From Bacillota bacterium (GTDB taxonomy: Bacteria > Bacillota > UBA4882 > UBA10575), in assembly GCA_029782135.1 (NCBI GenBank), contig JAKOVI010000133.1, positions 10,176 to 74,175 on the forward strand: a stretch of 64,000 nt of DNA. The letters run 5' to 3'. The notes under the pieces were generated by a model, which searched no databases, was not told the origin of the DNA, and saw nothing but the letters and a program-made list of their open reading frames with translations. Of the stretch, positions 8,712-17,131 are shown one piece after another (within the stretch, counting starts at the first letter, position 1; the number at the start of each line of letters is the position of its first letter). Both the position numbers and the translations under genes were made by a program.

Positions 8712-9185
8712 ATGGCTGAGAAGCTGATGGCACTCATGAAAGAGCATGGGATTACGTTAAAATTCTGGGACTTTCAGCCTCCGATCGAAGCCGTCTTTTA
8801 TTGTTATCCCGGAAAAACCCCGGTAATTGGGATTGATTCGAAAATTAAAAACGAAAAAAAGCACTTCCGCTGTGTCCTGGCGGAAGAACTTGGCCATTTT
8901 TTTACTACCGACCGCGGAAGTATTGTCTCCCACTACCAGGTGCGCGACCGGATCAACTTTTGTCAACAGGAATACAAAGCACTGGAGTGGGCGGTTAACT
9001 TTCTCCTCCCGGATCCGGAATTTGAACATGCTGTACTCACCATGCCCCCATGGAAACTGGAGGACTACTTCCAGGTGGACAGCGAGTTTATCGCCTTCAA
9101 ACTCAAACTGAAAAAAGACCAGTTACTACAAGCTATCCCCGGTTCTTCCCCCATTCTTCCCGGGAAATCACTCCCCGCTCGGTAA
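8712..9185 (+). CDS. ImmA/IrrE-like (COG2856, peptidase M78-like) protein with a degenerate metal motif
   Basis: Follows the XRE gene as ImmR/ImmA pairs do. The HExxH position reads VLAEELGHFF (EELGH). RBS GGGGGA. The last 53 nt overlap the convergent mtnA 3' end. Confidence 0.6.
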   Translation: MAEKLMALMKEHGITLKFWDFQPPIEAVFYCYPGKTPVIGIDSKIKNEKKHFRCVLAEELGHFFTTDRGSIVSHYQVRDRINFCQQEYKALEWAVNFLLPDPEFEHAVLTMPPWKLEDYFQVDSEFIAFKLKLKKDQLLQAIPGSSPILPGKSLPAR

Positions 9186-10173
9186 TGACCGCCGTCACCA
9201 ACCGGGCAGGGGTAAGATCAAACGCCGGATTATAAACTTTAACCCCGGCCGGGGCAATCCGTTGCCCTTGAATCTGTGTAATCTCTTCCCCGCTTCTCTC
9301 CTCAATCGGGATCAGGTCCCCACGGGGAGTATGGTAGTCAATTGTCGAGGTGGGTGCGGCCACATACAAAGGAAGACCATGCGCCTGGGCAAGGACTGCT
9401 AAAGTATAGGTCCCGATTTTATTCACCACATCCCCGTTCGCCGCAATCCGGTCCGCCCCGGTTATTACCGCCTGAATCTTCCCTTGCTGCATCAGATAGC
9501 CCGCCGTGTTATCGGTGATTAACGCCACCGGGATCTGGGCTTTCATCAATTCCCAAGTAGTCAGGCGGGCACCCTGCAGAAGCGGCCTGGTCTCACAGGC
9601 GACGACCGCAATCTTTTTCCCCTGGCGGACCGCCGTCCGGATCACCGCTAAAGCGGTACCATGGGCCACGGTTGCTAAAGCTCCGGCGTTGCAGATGGTC
9701 AAAACGGTCATCCCGTCAGCAAGTAAAGCGGCACCATATTCTCCAATCCTCAGGTTTACCTCGATATCCTCATGGTAGAGGCGCACCGCTTCCTGCTCCA
9801 AGGCTTGCACCAGTGCTTCCGGCGTGGCCGCTTCTCCGGCTGCCAACATCTTTTTCATCCGCGCCAACGCCCAGAACAGGTTGACTGCAGTCGGCCGTGT
9901 CGCCGCCAGTTCCCGGAAGACCGGCTCCAACCCGGTAGCTAAATCGCAATTGTTGGCGATTAATTCGTACGCGCCCAAAACCACCCCGAAGGCGGCGGCG
10001 ACCCCAATCGCCGGCGCCCCCCGCACCACCAGTTTGCGGATGGCCTCCGCCACCATCCGGTAGTCAGTGCAGGTTAAATAGACCTCCTCCCCCGGCAGTC
10101 TGGTCTGATCGAGGAGGATGAGTTCTCTCTTCTGCCACCGGAGGGCAGAGATGGTCCCGTCCACCGGAATCAC
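9133..10173 (-). CDS. mtnA: Methylthioribose-1-phosphate isomerase
   Basis: eIF-2B alpha/beta/delta family, with ...LLDQTRLPGEEVYL...RGAPAIGVAAAFG... Its ATG overlaps the mtnP stop (ATGA). Confidence 0.9.
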   Translation of the reverse strand: MIPVDGTISALRWQKRELILLDQTRLPGEEVYLTCTDYRMVAEAIRKLVVRGAPAIGVAAAFGVVLGAYELIANNCDLATGLEPVFRELAATRPTAVNLFWALARMKKMLAAGEAATPEALVQALEQEAVRLYHEDIEVNLRIGEYGAALLADGMTVLTICNAGALATVAHGTALAVIRTAVRQGKKIAVVACETRPLLQGARLTTWELMKAQIPVALITDNTAGYLMQQGKIQAVITGADRIAANGDVVNKIGTYTLAVLAQAHGLPLYVAAPTSTIDYHTPRGDLIPIEERSGEEITQIQGQRIAPAGVKVYNPAFDLTPARLVTAVITERGVISREEWGKNRG

Positions 10174-10967
10174 TCCTCAAAAATCTTTTCGGCAGGCGGC
10201 GCTACCTTCTGACAGGGGCAACTCCGTTCCTTCGGCATGATCGCCAAAGCCCGGTTCAACAGTTTTTGCAAACGCTGGCTATTTTCGGCCATAATCTCCA
10301 CAACTTCCTGGTGGGAGAGTGGGCCGCTCGCGATCCCGGCGGCAAAATTAGTGACAATCGCCATCGTTGCATAACAGAGCCCTGCTTCCCGGGCAAGAAC
10401 CACTTCGGGCAGGTTGGTCATCCCCACCAGATCTCCGCCCAGTTGGGCAAACATCCGGATCTCGGCCGGCGTTTCAAAACGCGGTCCCTCGGTACAAACA
10501 TAAACCCCGCCGTCATGGGCTTTTATTCCGAGTTCCTCCGCGGCGGCCAGCAGAACCTTTCGCAGTTCCGGACAGTATGGTTCGGTAAAGTCCGTGTGGA
10601 CAACCCCGAATTCGCCGCCTTCAAAAAAGGTATGCGGCCGGTTTTTCGTGAAGTCAATAAACTGGTCAATGATTACCACCTCACCCGGGAGCATCTGCGG
10701 ATTCAAACTCCCGACCGCCGCGCTGGCCAGGACACGCTCCACGCCCAGGCGGCGCAATCCCCAGATATTAGCCAAATAATTAATCCGGTGGGGTGGGACG
10801 GAATGGTCTGCGCCATGGCGGGGCAAGAATGCCACTTTCCGCCCGGCAAAAACCCCGACCACCGGGGTGATCATCCCATAGGGAGTTTCGACTTTAATCT
10901 CCCGCTTCTCCGTTAACATTGCGGGATCGTAGACTCCCGTTCCCCCAATAATCGCTATTTCCATCAT
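10170..10967 (-). CDS. mtnP: S-methyl-5'-thioadenosine (or methylthioinosine) phosphorylase
   Basis: MTAP-family motifs: IIGGTGVY, FLPRHGADHSVPPHRINYLANIWGLRRLGV, AAVGSLN. Confidence 0.88.
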   Translation of the reverse strand: MMEIAIIGGTGVYDPAMLTEKREIKVETPYGMITPVVGVFAGRKVAFLPRHGADHSVPPHRINYLANIWGLRRLGVERVLASAAVGSLNPQMLPGEVVIIDQFIDFTKNRPHTFFEGGEFGVVHTDFTEPYCPELRKVLLAAAEELGIKAHDGGVYVCTEGPRFETPAEIRMFAQLGGDLVGMTNLPEVVLAREAGLCYATMAIVTNFAAGIASGPLSHQEVVEIMAENSQRLQKLLNRALAIMPKERSCPCQKVAPPAEKIFEE

Positions 10968-11110
10968 GTTCTCCCCTTTTGCAACCAGTTTTCATTTGCT
11001 GCCATCATTACTTTTATTCCGCTTGGCGCTCTTTTTTCCTGTTGGAACAGATTGATCAAGAATTGGTTGGGGAGGAACTCCATCCCCCGTCAGCCGCTCC
11101 TCCGTTCCTG

Positions 11111-11148
11111 AATAAACAATTGAGGGTGACCTTTTTATCCCGTCACCC
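11111..11148 (-). terminator. Probable terminator after the small membrane ORF
   Basis: GGGUGAC-11 nt-GUCACCC hairpin followed by a U-rich tract (UCAAUUGUUUAUU). Confidence 0.5.
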
Positions 11149-11394
11149 TTGATATTGATCCTTTCTGTTCAGTACTTTCCGGAGGAGAGAAGAAAAGCGG
11201 AGAGGTTCACCTTGACCGGTCTCCTTCACCTGCCGCCTGCTGCTGATCATTAACCAGATTCCCAGGATCCCCAGGTAAGCAGCAAAAACAAATGCCCACC
11301 AACGGTTAAAGCGGCCAATCAGCATGCAAAGATAGAGGAGGAAACAGATACTGACCGCGCTGATTCTCATGATCAGTGGTGTTTTTTTCCTCAT
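11143..11394 (-). CDS. Hypothetical small membrane protein (2 TM)
   Basis: 83 aa, with GGAGG 9 nt upstream of the ATG. Hydrophobic segments ISAVSICFLLYLCMLIG and WAFVFAAYLGILGIWLMI. Lies downstream of the kinase-like gene. Confidence 0.45.
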   Translation of the reverse strand: MRKKTPLIMRISAVSICFLLYLCMLIGRFNRWWAFVFAAYLGILGIWLMISSRRQVKETGQGEPLRFSSLLRKVLNRKDQYQG

Positions 11395-11490
11395 TATTCA
11401 TTACCTCCAGCCTGATCATTCGGTGTCATCAATCAAAAATCCTGCCCAAAAGAAAAACCCGGTTTCCCGGGTAAAAAAGACACACTCCGT

Positions 11491-12888
11491 TCAATCCTCT
11501 TTTTCTTTTGCTCCGGACCGGGCGGTAATTTCCCACCGTTGACCTTTTCGCTCCACGACCAACTCTTCGACGGTCGTCGAGGTCTGCCATTGCTGGTCAG
11601 TCCAGCGGCGCCAAACCAGGGTCACTTCCAACTGGGCCCAGTCAGGTTTCCTCCTTATTTCCCGGACCGCGGCGACTTCAAACACCGGTTCTTCAAGCAG
11701 CTGGGCGGCCGCCGCGATCCGCTCCTCTTTCGCGGCCGCCAGATCGGCCCACAGTTCCGCCCGGGTGAAGAGGGGAACGCCCGGAAAGGCCGGCACGGAT
11801 ATTTGCGCCAACAGTTCGGCGACGGCCGCAGTTGCCTCCGGAACCTCCCTTTCCCTGGGGAAGAAAGAGATCGTCCCCCAGAGGAGGAGTAAACCCCCAA
11901 GGGCAAATGTCGCGGCCCATCCCTTCCGCCAGGGGGTCCATCCATCCCGTTTTTTCTCCTTGACGGCCTCCCTGAACCTTCCCGGCCACCGGATCCGTTG
12001 CCCCCTGAACTTCCTCCGTCCTTGCCGGCTTTGCTCTCCCTGCGGTTGGGTAGCCGGGTAGGGATGACCGGTCAGCGCCCGGGGAACAGACGATGAAGGA
12101 GCGGCCAACTTCGCCGCCGCCCGCGTCCAGGATGCTTCCACCTCGGCCGCGGACGGGCGCGCCTCCGGGGCAACCGCCAGGAGCAGGAGGAGCAGGGCGG
12201 AGAGTTCCGGAGGGAGTTCCGGACAGAAAACCGTGGGGGGGATAATATCTCCCCGTAGCAAGGCCCTGGTTGGCCAAGTATTCTCCAACGGGTAGGGCAA
12301 CTCACCGGTACAGCAGAGATAAAGCAAGAGTCCGAGGAAGAAGAGATCGCCTTCTTGGGTCAGGGGCTCCCCGCGAAAGCTTTCCGGAGGATGACAGCCC
12401 GTGAGGCCCGTAGGAAGGCTTATGAGCGGCGCACTCAAGTAAGTTAAGAGGAAGGGATCAGGAGTGAAGACCCCTTCTTCCCCCCAGTAAATCCTTCGCC
12501 AGTCCGGTGAACCGACCACTAAATTCAAGGCATGGTACCGGCGGTATGAGCGGATCAACGGTTCCAATTGTCTGATTTTTTCCCTCAGCGGAAGGGTCCA
12601 AAAAGCGGAAGCGAAGAGCGTTTCTCCCGGTACCGCCTCCCACCCGAGCAAGGTCTTTCCTTGATAGATCACCGGCCCTTCGACCTTTAAAAGCCCGGCA
12701 GTTGCTGAATAACCGGTCAACATTTGGCGGCGCGCTTCCGCCCGGCGGCGGAAAGCTGTTGCTTCCCCGCCCCGCAATCGCGTGGCCAGTGGTTCCCAGC
12801 GGTAGACCTGCCCATTTTCCGTACTTTTACCGTACAAGAAAAAGAGGCCATCCGCACTGCTTTCTCCGGAAAAAAGAAAATGGGCCAT
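11491..12888 (-). CDS. Membrane-anchored protein with a degenerate Ser/Thr-kinase-like N-terminal domain (putative pseudokinase)
   Basis: Strong RBS (GGGGGGGAGAGG). It retains kinase C-lobe-like motifs (CHPPE, DLFFLGLLLYLCCTGELPY) but lacks GxGxxG, VAxK and HRD (it reads YHALNLVVGSPD). These are followed by a basic linker, the TM segment WAATFALGGLLLLWGTISFF and a C-terminal domain of about 130 aa. Confidence 0.55.
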   Translation of the reverse strand: MAHFLFSGESSADGLFFLYGKSTENGQVYRWEPLATRLRGGEATAFRRRAEARRQMLTGYSATAGLLKVEGPVIYQGKTLLGWEAVPGETLFASAFWTLPLREKIRQLEPLIRSYRRYHALNLVVGSPDWRRIYWGEEGVFTPDPFLLTYLSAPLISLPTGLTGCHPPESFRGEPLTQEGDLFFLGLLLYLCCTGELPYPLENTWPTRALLRGDIIPPTVFCPELPPELSALLLLLLAVAPEARPSAAEVEASWTRAAAKLAAPSSSVPRALTGHPYPATQPQGEQSRQGRRKFRGQRIRWPGRFREAVKEKKRDGWTPWRKGWAATFALGGLLLLWGTISFFPREREVPEATAAVAELLAQISVPAFPGVPLFTRAELWADLAAAKEERIAAAAQLLEEPVFEVAAVREIRRKPDWAQLEVTLVWRRWTDQQWQTSTTVEELVVERKGQRWEITARSGAKEKED

Positions 12889-13046
12889 CCTCTCCCCCCC
12901 GACTGGTTATCCGAGGATCTAGAATGCCCCAAACTGCACACGCTTTATCCCTGGTGAACGAAAACCCTTCCTAACTTAAACTTTAATAACCCAAAATAAC
13001 TTCCCGGGTATAGAAAGGAATCATTACTATTGCTCGAGAAAGGGTT

Positions 13047-14165
13047 TTAGAGCAACCTGCCGTCAAAATCGGGCTTATCCTCCGGCAGCAGCGGGAATTT
13101 GACTGGCCGGCGGTCACGGTTGGAACGGTAAATCGCAGTAAAGATCTCCACCGTCTTCCGGCCTTCTTCGCCGTCGATCAATGGCTGCCGGTCATGAATA
13201 ATCGCCCCGAGAAAATCTTCAATCTGCCGTTCATGGAAATAAACCATCGGATTAATCCGTTGGAAAAACTCGGTATCCTCCCGTACCCATTGGTCACGCA
13301 AGGCTTCTTCCCCTTTGATCGTCCAAAGGTCGTTGATGGGCGGTTCGGTGATCCTTGACATCCCGGCGATAAACATCGCCCCGCCGTCGGTTTGGACCCC
13401 GACCGAGGCGCCATTTTCCCCATGGATATGAACCTTACCGTATAAGGCCGGATTCTGGGAGTTACTGACCAAGATATTCCCAAACCCGCCGTTCTTAAAC
13501 CTGAGCACGGCAACGGCTGTGTCTTCAACCTCGATGTAAGGATGGTTCAAATTGGCCCAATACCCGAAAAGCTCATCCACCGGCCCCATATACCACTGTA
13601 AAAGGTCGATCTGGTGGGCGGCCTGATTAACTAAGACTCCCCCGCCTTCCCCGGCCCAAGAACCGCGCCAGGGATCACTCCGGTAGTAGGCTTCGTCACG
13701 CCAGCCAAGCATATTGATGACCCCAAGAACCGGTTTGCCGAGTTTTCCGGCGTCGATCGCCTGCTTAATCCGGAGGGAGGGAGGGTAGAAGCGCCGCTGG
13801 CAAATGGTACCGAGCTTAACCCCGTTCGCACGGGCCGCCGCAATGATGGTGTCACAATCCGCCAGGGAGGAGGCCAAGGGTTTCTCCACCAGGATATGCA
13901 TCCCCGCCCGGGCAGCCTGCACAGCGGTCTCGGCATGGACCGGATGCGGGGTACAGATGATCACCGCTTCGACCCCGCCTTTGCTGGCCAACTCCTCAAT
14001 GCTGGCATAAGCTTTCACCCCATACTGCTCGGCAAACGTCTTGGCCTTGTCGAATGTCCGGCTGTAAACCGCCGTGAATAAAGAGGTAGGGAGGTTTTTT
14101 AAAGCCTGGGCATGCAAATGTGCCCCTTTGCCACAACCGATAATCCCAGTTTTAACTCTATCCAT
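13047..14165 (-). CDS. Gfo/Idh/MocA-family oxidoreductase
   Basis: MDRVKTGIIGCGKGAHLHAQAL Rossmann N-terminus and the VEKPLA motif. The ATG at 14165 is preceded by GGGAGGAAAGAG. Confidence 0.85.
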   Translation of the reverse strand: MDRVKTGIIGCGKGAHLHAQALKNLPTSLFTAVYSRTFDKAKTFAEQYGVKAYASIEELASKGGVEAVIICTPHPVHAETAVQAARAGMHILVEKPLASSLADCDTIIAAARANGVKLGTICQRRFYPPSLRIKQAIDAGKLGKPVLGVINMLGWRDEAYYRSDPWRGSWAGEGGGVLVNQAAHQIDLLQWYMGPVDELFGYWANLNHPYIEVEDTAVAVLRFKNGGFGNILVSNSQNPALYGKVHIHGENGASVGVQTDGGAMFIAGMSRITEPPINDLWTIKGEEALRDQWVREDTEFFQRINPMVYFHERQIEDFLGAIIHDRQPLIDGEEGRKTVEIFTAIYRSNRDRRPVKFPLLPEDKPDFDGRLL

Positions 14166-14456
14166 CCCGCTCTTTCCTCCCTTTCGGACATTCTGTAATA
14201 ACTTCATATATGCTTAAAGATTACTTTCAGTAATCATCACGGTCCTTCAATCCCAACCTCACCATTTGGCGCCAACCGCTGGCAACTACAAGTCACGCGG
14301 CGGGCTGAAGCCGGATTTGTAAACAGGGAATTATCCAAGCCGGGTAAGGCCCGTTTGAACAATATTTATTATTCTTAATTACCGGGTTGGGTTCCTCCTT
14401 CCCGAACCACATAATAGTTAGGTCAAAGGTTTTTGGTTCCTACAGAAGACCGGAAA

Positions 14457-14490
14457 TGAAAAAACCCTTAAAGCAATTGCTCTAAGGGTT
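14457..14490 (-). terminator. Rho-independent terminator downstream of pgi (bidirectional-looking)
   Basis: ACCCUUAGAGCAAUUGCUUUAAGGGU hairpin followed by UUUUUUC. Confidence 0.8.
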
Positions 14491-14495
14491 TTTCT

Positions 14496-15860
14496 TTACG
14501 GTTGTTCTGCCTTCGCCAGCCGGGCTAAGATCCGCCCGCGCCTTTCTTCATAACCGGCCATCCCCAGCAAGGCAAAGAGGTTCTGCTTATACTCCTCAAC
14601 CCCCGGTTGGTCAAAGGGGTTGACCCCCAACAGGTATCCGCTCATGGCACAGGCTTTCTCGAAAAAGTAGACCAGATATCCAAAGTAATAAGCGGATAAC
14701 TCCGGGATTTTGATGACCATGACCGGCACACCACCGTCCTGGTGCGCCAAGATCGTCCCTTGTAAGGCTTGGGCGTTGATCTCATCGATTTGGCGTCCGG
14801 CCAAATAATTCAAACCGTCCAGATCATTCTCCTCGGCGGGCAGGACCAGGGCCGCCTTGCTCCGGACAACTTGGAGAACAGTCTCGAAGAGGATTTTCTG
14901 CCCATCCTGGATGTACTGGCCTAAAGAATGGAGATCCGTCGTAAAGTTAACCGCCGCCGGGAAAAGCCCTTTACCCGCTTTCCCCTCACTCTCGCCAAAG
15001 AGTTGTTTCCACCATTCGGTAAAATAGTAGAGTGACGGCTCATAGGTCACCATCAGCTCGACCTTTTTCCCCTTTTGGTGGAAGAGGTAACGGAGGAGGG
15101 CATACTGGTAGGCACTATTCTTAGCCGGTTCTGCAACCGCAGAGTCCTGATAAGCCTTGACCGCACCAGCCAGGATCTGATCGACGTCCAGACCGGCGAC
15201 GGCCAGCGGGAAGAGTCCCACCGGGGTCAACACCGAGTAACGCCCGCCCACGTCAGCCGGGATGTTAAAGGTCTGATACCCGGCCTCCTCGGCCAGGCGG
15301 CGCAGGGCGCCACTATGCGGATCGGTGGTAACAAAGATCCGTGACTTTGCCCCTTCCTTTCCGTATTTTTCCTCGGCCAGTTTTCTTAAGAAACGGAAAG
15401 CCACCGCCGTCTCCGTCGTGCTTCCGGACTTCGAAATGACATTCAGACAAAACTCTTTCTCCGCCAGGTAAGCAAGTAACTCTTGGAGATAGGTCCCGCT
15501 CAGATGATGTCCGGCGAAGATCACCTGCGGATAAGCTCCCGGCCCGTCTACCCCGGGGGGGAAGTACGGCGAAAGCATCTCGAGGGCGGCCCGTGCTCCC
15601 AAATAAGAACCACCAATTCCGGCAACCACCAAGACCTCGGCTTCCTCCTTGACCTGGGCGGCGGCGTTCTTCAGCACGGCAAGCTCTTCTTGGTTATAGT
15701 TTAATGGTAAATCGACCCAGCCCAAAAAGTCACTTCCGACCCCGCTTTTGGCGTGGAGCTGGTGGTGAATCTGTTTTACCTGGGGTTCGAGGATGGTTAA
15801 CTCTTCATCGCGGATAAAAGGTAAGGCGGCCTCCAACTCCACCGTAATTCCGTTGCTCAT
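14496..15860 (-). CDS. pgi: Glucose-6-phosphate isomerase (Bacillus-type, about 450 aa)
   Basis: MSNGITVELEAALPFIRDEE...DFLGWVDLP...GIGGSYLGARA...ISKSGSTTET. The ATG at 15860 is preceded by AGAGGTG. Confidence 0.9.
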   Translation of the reverse strand: MSNGITVELEAALPFIRDEELTILEPQVKQIHHQLHAKSGVGSDFLGWVDLPLNYNQEELAVLKNAAAQVKEEAEVLVVAGIGGSYLGARAALEMLSPYFPPGVDGPGAYPQVIFAGHHLSGTYLQELLAYLAEKEFCLNVISKSGSTTETAVAFRFLRKLAEEKYGKEGAKSRIFVTTDPHSGALRRLAEEAGYQTFNIPADVGGRYSVLTPVGLFPLAVAGLDVDQILAGAVKAYQDSAVAEPAKNSAYQYALLRYLFHQKGKKVELMVTYEPSLYYFTEWWKQLFGESEGKAGKGLFPAAVNFTTDLHSLGQYIQDGQKILFETVLQVVRSKAALVLPAEENDLDGLNYLAGRQIDEINAQALQGTILAHQDGGVPVMVIKIPELSAYYFGYLVYFFEKACAMSGYLLGVNPFDQPGVEEYKQNLFALLGMAGYEERRGRILARLAKAEQP

Positions 15861-15946
15861 TTGCGCACCTCTTTCCACCCTTTTAACTATATATTATGTA
15901 TTCCCCAATATAGTTCGCGAGAACCATCCCCGAATCCTCTTTATGA

Positions 15947-16819
15947 TCAGTCTTCAGTCGATGGGGTTGCCTCTCCTTGGAAAAAGACCGCCAGACAACC
16001 GGGGCCCGTATGCGTCCCCACCGTTGAGGAGATCTCTTCAATGCGAAGCTGCTTAACCCCGTAGAGTTGTTTGATCTCCTCGGCCAAACTCGCAGCTTCC
16101 TCCGGACAACGGGAGTGGCCTATTGCGATGAATTGGTCAGCCAGATCGCGGCCTTCCTCGCCCATGATCTCCAAAAGGCGTTTCACCGCGCGCCGCCGTC
16201 CCCGTGCTTTCTCCCGGGGGACAATCCGGCCTTCCGGGTCCACTTCAAGGATTGGTTTGACATGCAGAATCTCGCCCATAACCGCCTGCACTTTACCGAT
16301 CCTTCCACCTTTCTGGAGGTATTCCAGGGTATCAAGGGTAAACACCGAGCGGAGCCGCGCCCGGATCGCAGTTAACTCCCGGACGATCGCTGCCCGGTCC
16401 ACACCGGCCTCCGCCAGCGCGCAGGCTTTCAGAACCAACAGACCTTCTCCGACCGAAGCCGTCCGGGAATCAAAGACCGTAACTTGTTCCTTGTGTTCTA
16501 ACTCCTCCCTCGCCATCATTGCACTCTCATATGTTCCGCTCAGTCGGGAGGAGATCGTAATGACGATCGCCTCTTCACCTTTCTGCGTTACCGCTTTTAA
16601 GACGCGGGCGAAGGCCCCGGGCGTCGGCTGGGCTGTCGTCGGCAGTTTAGCTTCGGTGGTCAATAAGTGGTAAAACTCGTTCCGGCTCAAATCAAAGCCA
16701 TCTTCGTAGGAACGGTCGGCAAAGTTAATCGTCATCGGGACGACGCCAACCCTTTGTTCCTTCAAGAACTCGATCGGTAAATCGCAGGCCGTATCGGTTA
16801 TTATTCTCACCTTGCTCAT
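15947..16819 (-). CDS. DegV-family fatty-acid-binding protein
   Basis: MSKVRIITDTACDLPIEFL..., 290 aa, typical DegV length and N-terminus. Confidence 0.88.
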   Translation of the reverse strand: MSKVRIITDTACDLPIEFLKEQRVGVVPMTINFADRSYEDGFDLSRNEFYHLLTTEAKLPTTAQPTPGAFARVLKAVTQKGEEAIVITISSRLSGTYESAMMAREELEHKEQVTVFDSRTASVGEGLLVLKACALAEAGVDRAAIVRELTAIRARLRSVFTLDTLEYLQKGGRIGKVQAVMGEILHVKPILEVDPEGRIVPREKARGRRRAVKRLLEIMGEEGRDLADQFIAIGHSRCPEEAASLAEEIKQLYGVKQLRIEEISSTVGTHTGPGCLAVFFQGEATPSTED

Positions 16820-16840
16820 TAAAAATCACCCCATTTTTCT

Positions 16841-16878
16841 GGCGTCAATACAAAACGTATTGCTTTAAATTTGACGCC
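16841..16878. promoter_or_regulatory. Nested palindrome immediately upstream of degV (candidate operator)
   Basis: The outer arms GGCGTCAA ... TTGACGCC enclose the inner repeat CAATAC-aaaac-GTATTG. It ends about 20 nt before the degV RBS. Confidence 0.3.
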
Positions 16879-16915
16879 CCCATTCCAAAAAAGTTGCGCC
16901 CGGTAAGCCGGTTCC

Positions 16916-17131
16916 TTATTTTAAGGTTAAGCCTAACTTCGTAAAAACCTCAATTAATACAGAATCGATATACGGCAGTTCTACCCCAAAAACCAGCAGG
17001 AGGCTGAGGATGAAAGCACCTGCTGTCAGGAGAGCAAAGACGATCAACTCCCGCCAGTACCGGGCCTTGAGCAAACCCGGAAGCTCCAAGGCAACAATCA
17101 AGGCAAAACCGAGCAGGACTAATAAGATCAT
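16916..17131 (-). CDS. Small 2-TM protein, candidate germinant-receptor D subunit
   Basis: 71 aa and very hydrophobic. Its ATG overlaps the stop of the GerAB-like gene (ATGA), so it is translationally coupled as the last gene of the ger operon. Confidence 0.45.
   Translation of the reverse strand: MILLVLLGFALIVALELPGLLKARYWRELIVFALLTAGAFILSLLLVFGVELPYIDSVLIEVFTKLGLTLK

Noticed and set aside
11539-12305. Multiple long ORFs on both strands inside the kinase-like gene (for example 11693..12277, 194 aa, and 11655..11945). Similar shadow ORFs lie inside nrdD, comEC, recN, nadE and other genes.
   Set aside because: These are same- or opposite-strand shadows of longer, motif-bearing genes in GC-rich third-position sequence. 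They are R/P/G-rich and lack RBSs.
14208-14456. A long (about 290 nt) ORF-free region upstream of the Gfo/Idh/MocA gene, with several small hairpins (GGTTC/GAACC, GATTACT-gaa-AGTAATC) and an orphan GGAGG.
   Set aside because: There is no recognisable riboswitch core, no terminator/antiterminator pair and no start codon after the GGAGG. It probably just holds promoter and operator space.
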